This document shows, in pieces, positions 40,083 through 49,649 of a stretch of 64,000 nt of DNA. The position numbers were made by a program, and so were the translations under genes. Source of the stretch: a candidate division WOR-3 bacterium. GTDB taxonomy: Bacteria > Hydrothermota > Hydrothermia > B15-G9 > WFZT01. The notes below the pieces were generated by a model, which was not told where the DNA came from, made no database searches, and worked only from the letters and a program-made list of their open reading frames with translations. Within the stretch, counting starts at the first letter, position 1; each line of letters starts with the position of its first letter. Location of the stretch: contig JALUEE010000090.1 of the NCBI GenBank assembly GCA_027053075.1, positions 1-64,000 on the forward strand. The letters run 5' to 3'.

Positions 40083-40588
40083 GTTTCTCTCCTCCTTTTT
40101 GCAGCTATGAAAATTTCCATGAAAGTTTCACGAATTTCTACGATCTCAAAGCCGTACTTTTTAAGCATGGATTCAAATTCTTCCCTGCTGTAGTATCTTT
40201 CGGGGATTCCTGTATTCGCCCCTTTCTTCCAGTCTATGATGATAAAAATTCCGTCTGGCTTTAATACGAGTGGTAATTTGCTTAAGAATTTGTCAGGATG
40301 TGAGATATGATGGAAAGAATGTATGGTGTATACAAGATCAAACGTGCCTTCAAGTTTATCAACGTCTTCTGCTTTTAGCGGAACAAGCTCAATGTTTTTA
40401 TCTTTGTAATGGGTGGTATATGGGTCTATCCCAACGCCTCTAACTCCAAATTTTTCTACGAGCTTGAAAAGGAACCTCCCGCTTCCAGTACCCACGTCAA
40501 GAATAGTATGTCCCTTTTCTGTTCGTGCAGTGACTGCCTTTAGTTTCAGGTTTTCTATGTATTTTGCGATAAAATCAAGGTGCTGCAT
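40079..40588 (-). CDS. Class I SAM-dependent methyltransferase
   Basis: ILDVGTGSG, FDLV, FHH, LKPDG. Confidence 0.88.
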   Translation of the reverse strand: MQHLDFIAKYIENLKLKAVTARTEKGHTILDVGTGSGRFLFKLVEKFGVRGVGIDPYTTHYKDKNIELVPLKAEDVDKLEGTFDLVYTIHSFHHISHPDKFLSKLPLVLKPDGIFIIIDWKKGANTGIPERYYSREEFESMLKKYGFEIVEIRETFMEIFIAAKRRRET

Positions 40589-40749
40589 CAGTCTCCGAAT
40601 TCTTCGTAAAGTTTCTGATAATCTTCTGTATCAACGACGAATTGATTCAGCTTCTGGTCATCCCGATCGAAGATATTTTGTCTGTAACGTTGAAAATTTC
40701 TACCATTTCTTTTGAGTCTTCTCAGGTTTATGGTATTTTTGAGATTCAT
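40588..40749 (-). CDS. 53-aa small ORF or gene remnant
   Basis: Hand-translated MNLKNTINL...YEEFGD; its stop overlaps the methyltransferase start (TGATG). Confidence 0.4.
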   Translation of the reverse strand: MNLKNTINLRRLKRNGRNFQRYRQNIFDRDDQKLNQFVVDTEDYQKLYEEFGD

Positions 40750-40791
40750 TCTCAATTATCGCCGGATTTTATTGATTAATCAAGATTTCGA

Positions 40792-41097
40792 GAACGTGTT
40801 CGGAAACATCACCTCTGTTTATCCCTTTGTGGGTGTAAGTGGAGTGAGTAGAAAGATGATGTTAAAAATTAAGTAATTCAAGACTTTCCAGTTTGGACGA
40901 AACGAAACTCCCTCCCTTCCACTGGAAGGGAGGGCTGGGGTGGAATGGGGGAACAAAATTTCGAAATAATTCATTTTCCCACTCTCCCCTGGCCTCTCCT
41001 TCCTCGAGAAAAGGAGGGAAATTTACGCTGCAATTATCATTGATGGGATTCCGTTAGAAAATGTGGCAATCAAAATTCAGATTTTTCGAACAAGCTT
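40792..41097. mobile_element. MITE-like element, copy 1
   Basis: Colinear similarity to 46772-47124; imperfect terminal IRs (TGTTCGGAAA / TTTTCGAACA); two internal hairpins. Confidence 0.6.
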
Positions 41098-41194
41098 GAA
41101 CCGATGTTTATACATGTATGGTGAGTCAGGAAGTTTAGATGAGTCTAAAAAGCCAGGCAGTGCATTATAAGGGTGCATTATAATTTCGATTCTT

Positions 41195-42433
41195 ATGCAC
41201 AGGGAGACGCGGAAAATCTTTGAGAATTTCTCCTGGATGTTACTCGGTCAGGTGGCCGGTCGGGTATTTGGCTTCTTTGCCATCATCTTTCTTGCCAGGA
41301 GACTCGGTAAGAGTGCCTATGGTATGTGGGCTTTTGCATTCGCACTGCTTTCCTACGGCATGCTCCTAACGGATTTCGGACTCAGCACCTACGGGTTGAT
41401 CGAGGTTTCAAAAGACAGAAAAGCACTGAAAACACTCCTCGGAGATATCCTTTCCATCAGGCTTGTAATAGCATTTTTTCTACTCATCATCATTGTTCCT
41501 TTCTCGCGGATTGTCCCAAAGCTCAGCTCAATGTCAGGCCTCTTATTCTTAACCTTCCTTAATCTCATCCCCTTTGCCCTCTCCTTAGATTGGGCGTTCA
41601 GAGCGCTGGAAGATATGAAGTTCGCTGCACTCTGGACGTTTATTTTTAATCTTTTATTCTTTTTGCTGATAATTTTTGTGGTTAGAAGTCCGTCAGATAT
41701 TCTAAAAGTCCCATCCTCAAGATTCTTTTCACTTCTTATTGCTTCTGGTCTTCTTATTTACTTTCTCTGGAAAAGATACCCTGAGCTCTTTGCCTTCAAT
41801 GTAAATTTCAGCAGATGGCCTGCCATTATGAAGGTTTCAGTTGTCCTTACGGCTTCCTTTGTCATGATTAAAATTTACTACAACATTGATGTACTGATGC
41901 TTGGATTTTACAGGACAATGAAGGAGGTGGGAGTTTACAGCGCAATTTACAACTTTGTCCTCGCCCTGTCAGTGGTGAGATTTTCGCTTCTCTATGCTGT
42001 GCAGCCTACACTTTCCCGGATTGAGCAGATACCCTGGAAGGATTATTCGAAAAAATTGTGGAAATTCGAGACAGTCTCCATAGCCATTGGGGTTCTTTTG
42101 TATCTTTTTGTTTTCGTTCTGGCAGGACCTATCATAAAGATTTTTTACGGTGGTAAATACACAAGTCCCGAAACAATAAAACTTTTAAGAATTCTCATCA
42201 ACGCCAACCTTATAATGTTCATAAACCTTGTTTTCCCCTCTCTTTTGATCATTGTGAAGAGGGAAATGCTCTACTTCTGGGTTACAACCGCTGGAGCGAC
42301 CACAAACTTTTTATTAAATCTGTATCTGATACCGAGGTTTGGGTACTTTGGGGCTGCATACACGACTGTGCTCTCAGAATTTGTTGTATTTTTGCTGTCT
42401 TTTGTTTTATACTACCGCCTGATTAGACCATGA
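41195..42433 (+). CDS. Wzx-like polysaccharide flippase
   Basis: ARRLG..YG, DFGL, D..MLG...VG.YSA, LN..LIP.FG..GAA..T..SE. Confidence 0.9.
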   Translation: MHRETRKIFENFSWMLLGQVAGRVFGFFAIIFLARRLGKSAYGMWAFAFALLSYGMLLTDFGLSTYGLIEVSKDRKALKTLLGDILSIRLVIAFFLLIIIVPFSRIVPKLSSMSGLLFLTFLNLIPFALSLDWAFRALEDMKFAALWTFIFNLLFFLLIIFVVRSPSDILKVPSSRFFSLLIASGLLIYFLWKRYPELFAFNVNFSRWPAIMKVSVVLTASFVMIKIYYNIDVLMLGFYRTMKEVGVYSAIYNFVLALSVVRFSLLYAVQPTLSRIEQIPWKDYSKKLWKFETVSIAIGVLLYLFVFVLAGPIIKIFYGGKYTSPETIKLLRILINANLIMFINLVFPSLLIIVKREMLYFWVTTAGATTNFLLNLYLIPRFGYFGAAYTTVLSEFVVFLLSFVLYYRLIRP

Positions 42434-43149
42434 AAGCATTTATTCTTGCAGCGGGAAAGGGTACACGACTTATGCCATTGACAGCCGAGATTCCGAAGGC
42501 CCTGCTTGAGTTGAAAGAAGGCCTCACTCCACTGGATTTTCAGCTGAATCTACTCACCAAGTATGGGTTTTCCCCGGCGGATATTTTCATTATCGGTGGT
42601 TATCGTTTTGAAAAACTCAAGAGATACGGTGAAATTGGAGTCAATCTTGTTTTTAATGAGAAATACGACAGTTTGAACAATATCTACACTTTTCTGCTTG
42701 CTTCAAATTTCACAAACGGTGAAGATTTTTTAATTTTGAATGTTGACACAATTTTTGATGAATCATTGCTCGATGAGCTTATAAAAACACCAGGAAGTGC
42801 AATGGTGGTGGATAACGTCAAGATTCTTGGTGATGAGGAAATGAAGGTCAAGATCGCTGATGGAAGAATTGTGGAGGTCAGTAAATTCATACCACCTGAG
42901 AATGCCCATGGTGAATACATCGGGATTTCAAAATACTCGCACTCAGAGGCCACAGTGATATTCGACAAAATCAGGGATATGCTTGAAAATGGCGAGGGGC
43001 ACAGATGGTATGAGGACGCAATAAATCTTGTTCTCGACAGGGTTGAGATATCACCTGTTTTCACAGAAGGTAAAAAGTGGATTGAAATTGATACGCCGCA
43101 GGATTTAGAAATAGCGCGGGGGCTTGTTCATGATTTACAGAACGATTAA
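42430..43149 (+). CDS. LicC/IPCT-like cytidylyltransferase family protein
   Basis: ILAAGKGTRL.P, PKALL, GY, NNIY, EEMKV, GEYIG, WIEIDT..D. Confidence 0.88.
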   Translation: MKAFILAAGKGTRLMPLTAEIPKALLELKEGLTPLDFQLNLLTKYGFSPADIFIIGGYRFEKLKRYGEIGVNLVFNEKYDSLNNIYTFLLASNFTNGEDFLILNVDTIFDESLLDELIKTPGSAMVVDNVKILGDEEMKVKIADGRIVEVSKFIPPENAHGEYIGISKYSHSEATVIFDKIRDMLENGEGHRWYEDAINLVLDRVEISPVFTEGKKWIEIDTPQDLEIARGLVHDLQND

Positions 43150-44167
43150 CATTCCGGTTTTTCTGGAAATCGGTGAGGGTATCCTTGAAGACTTTAATGG
43201 AATTTTAAAAAAACATAATCTCTCCTTTTCTCGTCCATTGATTCTCACAGGTGAGAAAAGCTCAAAAGTTCTTGCAGGATTTGATTTTTTTAATAGATTT
43301 GAAAAGCTATTCATCCGGGAAAACGACCTTGAAACTTTGCTCGTGATAAAAAGTGACATTTACGGTAAAGGTTACGATCTGTTACTCGCGTGCGGAGGTG
43401 GAAGGGTAATTGATAGTGGAAAGTTTCTCTCCCTCGAGACTTCCCTGCCACTTGTTGCTATTCCAACAATCTTATCGAGCGACAGCGTGTCATCGCCAAT
43501 AAGTATTCTTAAAGATAACCATGGAACGAGGAGCATGGGGACAGTTATGCCAATGGGGGTTTTAATTGATGTACAGATAATCAGGACTTCGCCCGAGATT
43601 TACCTAAAAGCGGGATTGGGTGACCTTATGTCCAATCTGTCATCTGCTTATGACTGGGAGCTTGCTTACAAACGAGGTTTTGAAAGAATCGATAACTTCT
43701 CGAGGATGCTCGCCCTTTTGCCCGCTCAGCGGATTCTTCTCAAAACCGATGGGTACAAGGGGTTAAAAGACGAGGAGCTACTTGCTGATCTTGCCGAAGG
43801 ACTGGTGCTCAGCGGAATTTCAATGGCTATAGCCGGGAGTTCAAGGCCTGCCAGTGGAAGTGAGCACAATATCAGCCATAGCCTTGACAGGATACTCGGG
43901 CAGCAAAAGAAACTTCACGGGCTGCAGGTAGGACTTGCTACCGTTCTTACCCTAATTCTTCAGGGGAATAGAGAGCAGGCCGATGTGCTTTCGCAATTGT
44001 ATAAGAAGACTGGCTTCCCTTTGAATTTAAAGGAGCTTGATATCTCCTGTGAAGATTTCGAGAAGGCCCTTGAAATAGCACCAGGCCTGAGAGACAGATA
44101 TACTGTCCTTAATGAAATCCCTATTGAGGAGCTGAAAGAAGTCGCAAGAGCCAGACTCTGCAAGTAA
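43130..44167 (+). CDS. Glycerol-1-phosphate dehydrogenase family (EgsA/AraM/Gtp1-like)
   Basis: GGGRVID, PT..S.D, GD..SN, SRPASGSEH..SH, HG.QV. Confidence 0.88.
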   Translation: MIYRTINIPVFLEIGEGILEDFNGILKKHNLSFSRPLILTGEKSSKVLAGFDFFNRFEKLFIRENDLETLLVIKSDIYGKGYDLLLACGGGRVIDSGKFLSLETSLPLVAIPTILSSDSVSSPISILKDNHGTRSMGTVMPMGVLIDVQIIRTSPEIYLKAGLGDLMSNLSSAYDWELAYKRGFERIDNFSRMLALLPAQRILLKTDGYKGLKDEELLADLAEGLVLSGISMAIAGSSRPASGSEHNISHSLDRILGQQKKLHGLQVGLATVLTLILQGNREQADVLSQLYKKTGFPLNLKELDISCEDFEKALEIAPGLRDRYTVLNEIPIEELKEVARARLCK

Positions 44168-44171
44168 CCAC

Positions 44172-45089
44172 ATGTTTGATCCCATTTATCTTGAAGCCTA
44201 CGAGACGGGCAGGCTAAAGGAAAAAGTGGAAGAGGCCCTTGAGTCTCTGAGTTCATGCGTAGCCTGTCCGATTGGATGTCGGGTGAATAGGCTCGAAGAT
44301 GAGATTGGTGATTGCGGGGTTGGGAGATTTGCAATTCTTTCTTCCTATGGACCTCATTTCGGGGAAGAATCTGTGCTTGTCGGTTACCACGGCTCGGGTA
44401 CGGTGTTCTTTGGAGGATGCAACCTCAGATGTGTTTACTGCCAGAACTATGATATAAGTCAGCTCAGATGGGGTAGAGCAGTGGACGCTAAAACCCTTGC
44501 AGGTGTGTTCCTCGAAATTCAGGATATGGGTTGTCATAACCTCAATCTCGTGAGTCCCACCCACGTGGTTCCCCAGATCCTCGAAGCACTTTTGATCGCT
44601 GTGGAGAAAGGTTTCAGGCTACCTCTTGTTTATAATACAGGTGGATATGACCACATAAGGACGTTGAAATTGCTCGACGGAATTGTTGATATTTACATGC
44701 CCGATACGAAATATGGCGATTCTAAAAAGGGTTTAAAGTACTCAGGGGTTAAAAACTACTTTGAGATCAATAAGAGAAACCTGAGAGAAATGCATCGGCA
44801 GGTAGGAGATTTGAGGATTGAAGAAGGTCTTGCCGTCAGAGGACTCCTAATTCGGCATCTTGTTTTACCGAACAATATTTCTGACTCTGAGAAGGTCATC
44901 GATTTTATAGCCGATGAACTCTCAAAAGATAGCTGGCTGAATCTCATGGATCAGTATTATCCTGCCTACAGAGCGATGGAGTACCCTGAACTGTCCCGAA
45001 GGATTACACGGAGAGAATACTTCAGGCTTGTGGATTATGCATTAAACAAGGGAATTCACAGAGGAATTCCGTTTGATCATGCCCGATAA
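44172..45089 (+). CDS. Radical SAM protein, PflX-like
   Basis: CxxCP..C.VNR, HFGEE, CNLRCVYCQN, DIYMPD.KY, RHLVLP. Confidence 0.9.
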   Translation: MFDPIYLEAYETGRLKEKVEEALESLSSCVACPIGCRVNRLEDEIGDCGVGRFAILSSYGPHFGEESVLVGYHGSGTVFFGGCNLRCVYCQNYDISQLRWGRAVDAKTLAGVFLEIQDMGCHNLNLVSPTHVVPQILEALLIAVEKGFRLPLVYNTGGYDHIRTLKLLDGIVDIYMPDTKYGDSKKGLKYSGVKNYFEINKRNLREMHRQVGDLRIEEGLAVRGLLIRHLVLPNNISDSEKVIDFIADELSKDSWLNLMDQYYPAYRAMEYPELSRRITRREYFRLVDYALNKGIHRGIPFDHAR

Positions 45090-45090
45090 A

Positions 45091-46554
<1,464 letters not shown>

Positions 46555-46562
46555 TTAAAAAG

Positions 46563-46634
46563 CTGGGGGGCAGGGATTCGAACCCCGACTACCTGATCCA
46601 GAGTCAGGCGTCCTGCCGGTTAGACGACCCCCCA
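46563..46634 (-). tRNA. tRNA-Gln(CTG), CCA not encoded
   Basis: Acceptor TGGGGGG/CCCCCCA, anticodon arm CCTGA-CTCTGGA-TCAGG, GGTTCGAATCC. Confidence 0.93.
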
Positions 46635-46641
46635 AAATTTT

Positions 46642-46719
46642 TGGCAGCGCCACCGGGATTTGAACCCGGGTCTCCTGGCTGAGAACCAGGTATCCTAGGC
46701 CGGACTAGACGATGGCGCC
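46642..46719 (-). tRNA. tRNA-Glu(CTC), CCA encoded
   Basis: Acceptor GGCGCCA/TGGCGCT, anticodon arm CCTGG-TTCTCAG-CCAGG, GGTTCAAATCC. Confidence 0.93.
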
Positions 46720-46735
46720 GCGTGAAAGTGCTATA

Positions 46736-46764
46736 TTTATAAACCACCACCCCATACCTGTCAA
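46736..46764 (-). promoter_or_regulatory. Promoter TTGACA-N17-TATAAA for tRNA-Glu/tRNA-Gln/guaB
   Basis: Near-consensus boxes just upstream of tRNA-Glu. Confidence 0.75.
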
Positions 46765-46771
46765 TAGGAGG

Positions 46772-47124
46772 GGGTGTGTTTGAAAATGTTCCCCTGGTTA
46801 TTTTGTAGCTATAGGTTAATAGATTGATCAGAAAAGTGAGGTTAAACAAGTTTCCTTAAGCATGTTAAGTAGCAAACTCCCTCCCTTCCGCTGGAAGGGA
46901 GGGTTGGGGTGGAATGGATAAATTTAATGATATCACTGTATGTTCTGAAATATCACTCCATTAGATATTCTAAATCTAAAGATTGTTAATCTTACCCCCA
47001 TTCTCCCCTAACCCCTCCTTCCCCGGGGAAGGAGGGGAAATTTACCGACTGGTTTGCGATAATTAATGGAATTTTAAGAATCTTAAAAAGTGGAACTTAA
47101 ATCGAGGATTTTTCGAACAGGCTC
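46772..47124. mobile_element. MITE-like element, copy 2
   Basis: Imperfect TIRs GGGTGTGTTTGAAAA / TTTTCGAACAGGCTC; shares AAACTCCCTCCCTTCC.CTGGAAGGGAGGG.TGGGGTGGAATGG with copy 1. Confidence 0.62.
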
Positions 47125-47237
47125 GTAGGAGGGGAGTGTGTTTGAATAATTCCAACCCTAAAGATTGGTACCTGTAAGAAAGGTACATGTGACTACTTTC
47201 TTTGTTTTGCCTGACTCTTAGGGTTGTGCAACCAGAT

Positions 47238-47278
47238 ATTCTTCTTCCGCAAAAAATTTATGCGAAGAGAGGAATTTC
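47238..47278. repeat. Degenerate BoxC/REP-like hairpin
   Basis: TTCTTCTTCCGC-AAAAAATTTAT-GCGAAGAGAGGAA. Confidence 0.55.
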
Positions 47279-47418
47279 TTCGTGTAATTAGCAATGTATT
47301 TTTGAACTTGACGCAGGAGACTGGATTCAAAAATATTAAAAATTTTTAAATACCCGGCTTCTCTGTCACCTTTCACCCTCATTGAGGGGACAATTGGGTT
47401 GACTTATAATTGAAGTCC

Positions 47419-48168
47419 ATGAGTGGTGATAAAGAATTAACCGTATGGGAACATCTTGAAGAGCTTCGTACACGTCTCATCAGAATAACCATAGCGGTAC
47501 TCGTCACGGGTATAGTTGGCTATATCTTTTCTGACTGGATTATTCACGTTGTGTCAAAGCCAGTTGGCACACTCTATTTCTTCTCACCTCCAGAGGCATT
47601 CATTATTCGACTGAAAATCCTCCTTTTCTCTGGCCTTTTTTTCTCAGCTCCCTACATGCTTTACGAACTCTGGAAGTTTGTGGAGCCCGGACTCCTGCCC
47701 CATGAGAAAAAGTATGCCCTACCACTTATCCTGAGTGGCACAATTCTCTTTTACGTTGGCATTGCCTTTGGGCTTTTTATAGCTCTTCCCCTTGGAGTCA
47801 AAGTCCTCGTTGAATTTGGTGGAAAATACATGCAGGGGCTTTTCAACGCAAAAAGCTATTTTAATTTTGCCCTGCTTCTGCTTTTTAGCTTTGGAATTCT
47901 ATTCGAGTTTCCAGTGGTGATCGTATTCCTTGCCCAGATTGGTGTGATAGACCCTTACAAACTGGCAAAGCAGAGAAAGTATGTCATCGTCGGAATATTC
48001 GTGGTTGCAGCCATCATCACACCCTCTGTTGATATGGTCACACAGCTTGTGCTTGCGATTCCTCTGATTTTTCTCTTCGAGATTTCCATATTTTTCTCAA
48101 AGATGGTCCGAAAGAAACCCGCAGAAACCAGGGTAGAGAAGGAGAATGAGGTTACAGAGAACAAATGA
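47419..48168 (+). CDS. tatC: Twin-arginine translocase TatC
   Basis: HLEELR.RL, W.F..PGL..HE, FG..FE.P, AA.ITP..D. Confidence 0.95.
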   Translation: MSGDKELTVWEHLEELRTRLIRITIAVLVTGIVGYIFSDWIIHVVSKPVGTLYFFSPPEAFIIRLKILLFSGLFFSAPYMLYELWKFVEPGLLPHEKKYALPLILSGTILFYVGIAFGLFIALPLGVKVLVEFGGKYMQGLFNAKSYFNFALLLLFSFGILFEFPVVIVFLAQIGVIDPYKLAKQRKYVIVGIFVVAAIITPSVDMVTQLVLAIPLIFLFEISIFFSKMVRKKPAETRVEKENEVTENK

Positions 48169-49646
48169 TACTTGTTGCCCTTTCACTGGTTCTCTATATC
48201 CTCTCTTTTCCACCATTTAGTGTTCCATTCCTGATATTCATCGCGTTTGTTCCGGCATTTTTAGCCATTGGCAAAATCTCTTACAAGAAGGCCTTCTGGT
48301 GGTTCTTTGCAGGAGGAGCAATCTTTTCTCTCATTCATGTTCACTGGATTTTAAATCTTCAGGTTCCTCCGGGCATAGAAAAGCTCCTTGTACTTGGCCT
48401 CATTTTGATGATTGCATATCTCGGCGCTTTTTATGGAATTATAGGTGTTGCTTTCAAATATGGGGCCAAAAGCACAGCAGGATTTTTACTTTTCATCCCT
48501 TCCGCATGGGTTTTGATTGAATTTTTCCGTTCCTATGGTGACCTTGGATTCCCCTGGAATCCGCTCTGGGAAGCACTGCTTCACAACTTGAGTATTTATC
48601 AAATTGCAAGGTTCTGGGGACCCTTTGGTGTATCCTTCCTCATTATTCTCGTGAATGCTCTAATGGCTTATGGTTTACTTAAAAGAAGAAGGCTATTTGC
48701 CGCCGCAGGTTTCCTGATCATCGTGATGCTTCAATTTTGGGGAATCTATCTCAGGTCACAAACTTTTAAATCTACCAAATCTTTGAAAGTGGCTATCTTC
48801 CAGCCCAATGTATTACCTCGCTACGAGGACAACCCTGAAGAATGGAAAGAAACCTTTGCCGCCTATGATAGCCTGAACCGTCTTTTAAAAGATTCGCCGG
48901 ATTTAATAGTTTTTTCCGAGTCATCATTACCCGGATATTACAGGCTTTCAAGGAACTCAAAGGAAGTTGTCAGGAATGTTCTGGAAAGGCATAAAAGTTA
49001 CATTTTGCTTGGCACCGCCGATTACAAATTTGAGACTCGAGACAAATACAATCTTTATAACGCAGCATTTCTGATTTCACCCACCGGAGCGGTGATAGAT
49101 AAATTTTACAAAACCCATCTTGTTCCATTTGGTGAGTGGTTGCCCTTTCAGGACAAATTCCCGTGGCTTGCTAATATCCACCTTGGCCAGGGTAACTACC
49201 TACCCGGGAAAAGATTCAGACCTCTGCAAGTGAAATGTGCAAGGCTTGGAGTTTTGATTTGCTTTGAATCCATTTTCCCGGAAATTGCAAGGAAAGAGGT
49301 AAACCTTGGGGCAAACCTGCTTGTCAACATAACAAACGACGGCTGGTTCGGGCGTTCTCTTGGCCCGCGAGAGCATTTTTATCTTGCTATCTTCAGGTCG
49401 ATTGAGACCCAGAGGTATCTTGTAAGAGCTGCTAAAACAGGTATCTCAGCTATAGTGAGTCCAGAGGGGAAAATAGAGGAAAAACTCGACCAGTTTAAAT
49501 TGGGGATTATTGAGAGGGAAGTTCCTCTCCTGAGGAATGAAACTTTTTATGTAAGGCATGGCAACTGGATGGTGTATTTATCGTTATTGATGGCAATCAT
49601 ATTTCTGGCTTATAATTCAGTCAAAAGGCTAATCCACGGAGGTTAA
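48165..49646 (+). CDS. lnt: Apolipoprotein N-acyltransferase
   Basis: GFPW, QPN, SES, K.HLVPFGE, ICFES.FP, TNDGWFG. Confidence 0.93.
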   Translation: MILVALSLVLYILSFPPFSVPFLIFIAFVPAFLAIGKISYKKAFWWFFAGGAIFSLIHVHWILNLQVPPGIEKLLVLGLILMIAYLGAFYGIIGVAFKYGAKSTAGFLLFIPSAWVLIEFFRSYGDLGFPWNPLWEALLHNLSIYQIARFWGPFGVSFLIILVNALMAYGLLKRRRLFAAAGFLIIVMLQFWGIYLRSQTFKSTKSLKVAIFQPNVLPRYEDNPEEWKETFAAYDSLNRLLKDSPDLIVFSESSLPGYYRLSRNSKEVVRNVLERHKSYILLGTADYKFETRDKYNLYNAAFLISPTGAVIDKFYKTHLVPFGEWLPFQDKFPWLANIHLGQGNYLPGKRFRPLQVKCARLGVLICFESIFPEIARKEVNLGANLLVNITNDGWFGRSLGPREHFYLAIFRSIETQRYLVRAAKTGISAIVSPEGKIEEKLDQFKLGIIEREVPLLRNETFYVRHGNWMVYLSLLMAIIFLAYNSVKRLIHGG

Positions 49647-49649
49647 GAG

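Noticed and set aside
43130..44167. G1PDH plus the UbiA-family gene (15823-16737) as archaeal-type ether lipid synthesis
   Set aside because: The UbiA protein has MenA motifs, no GGGP synthase is in the window, and the flippase context favours glycan decoration
46604..46849. 81-aa ORF upstream of guaB
   Set aside because: It overlaps both tRNA genes and the MITE-like element
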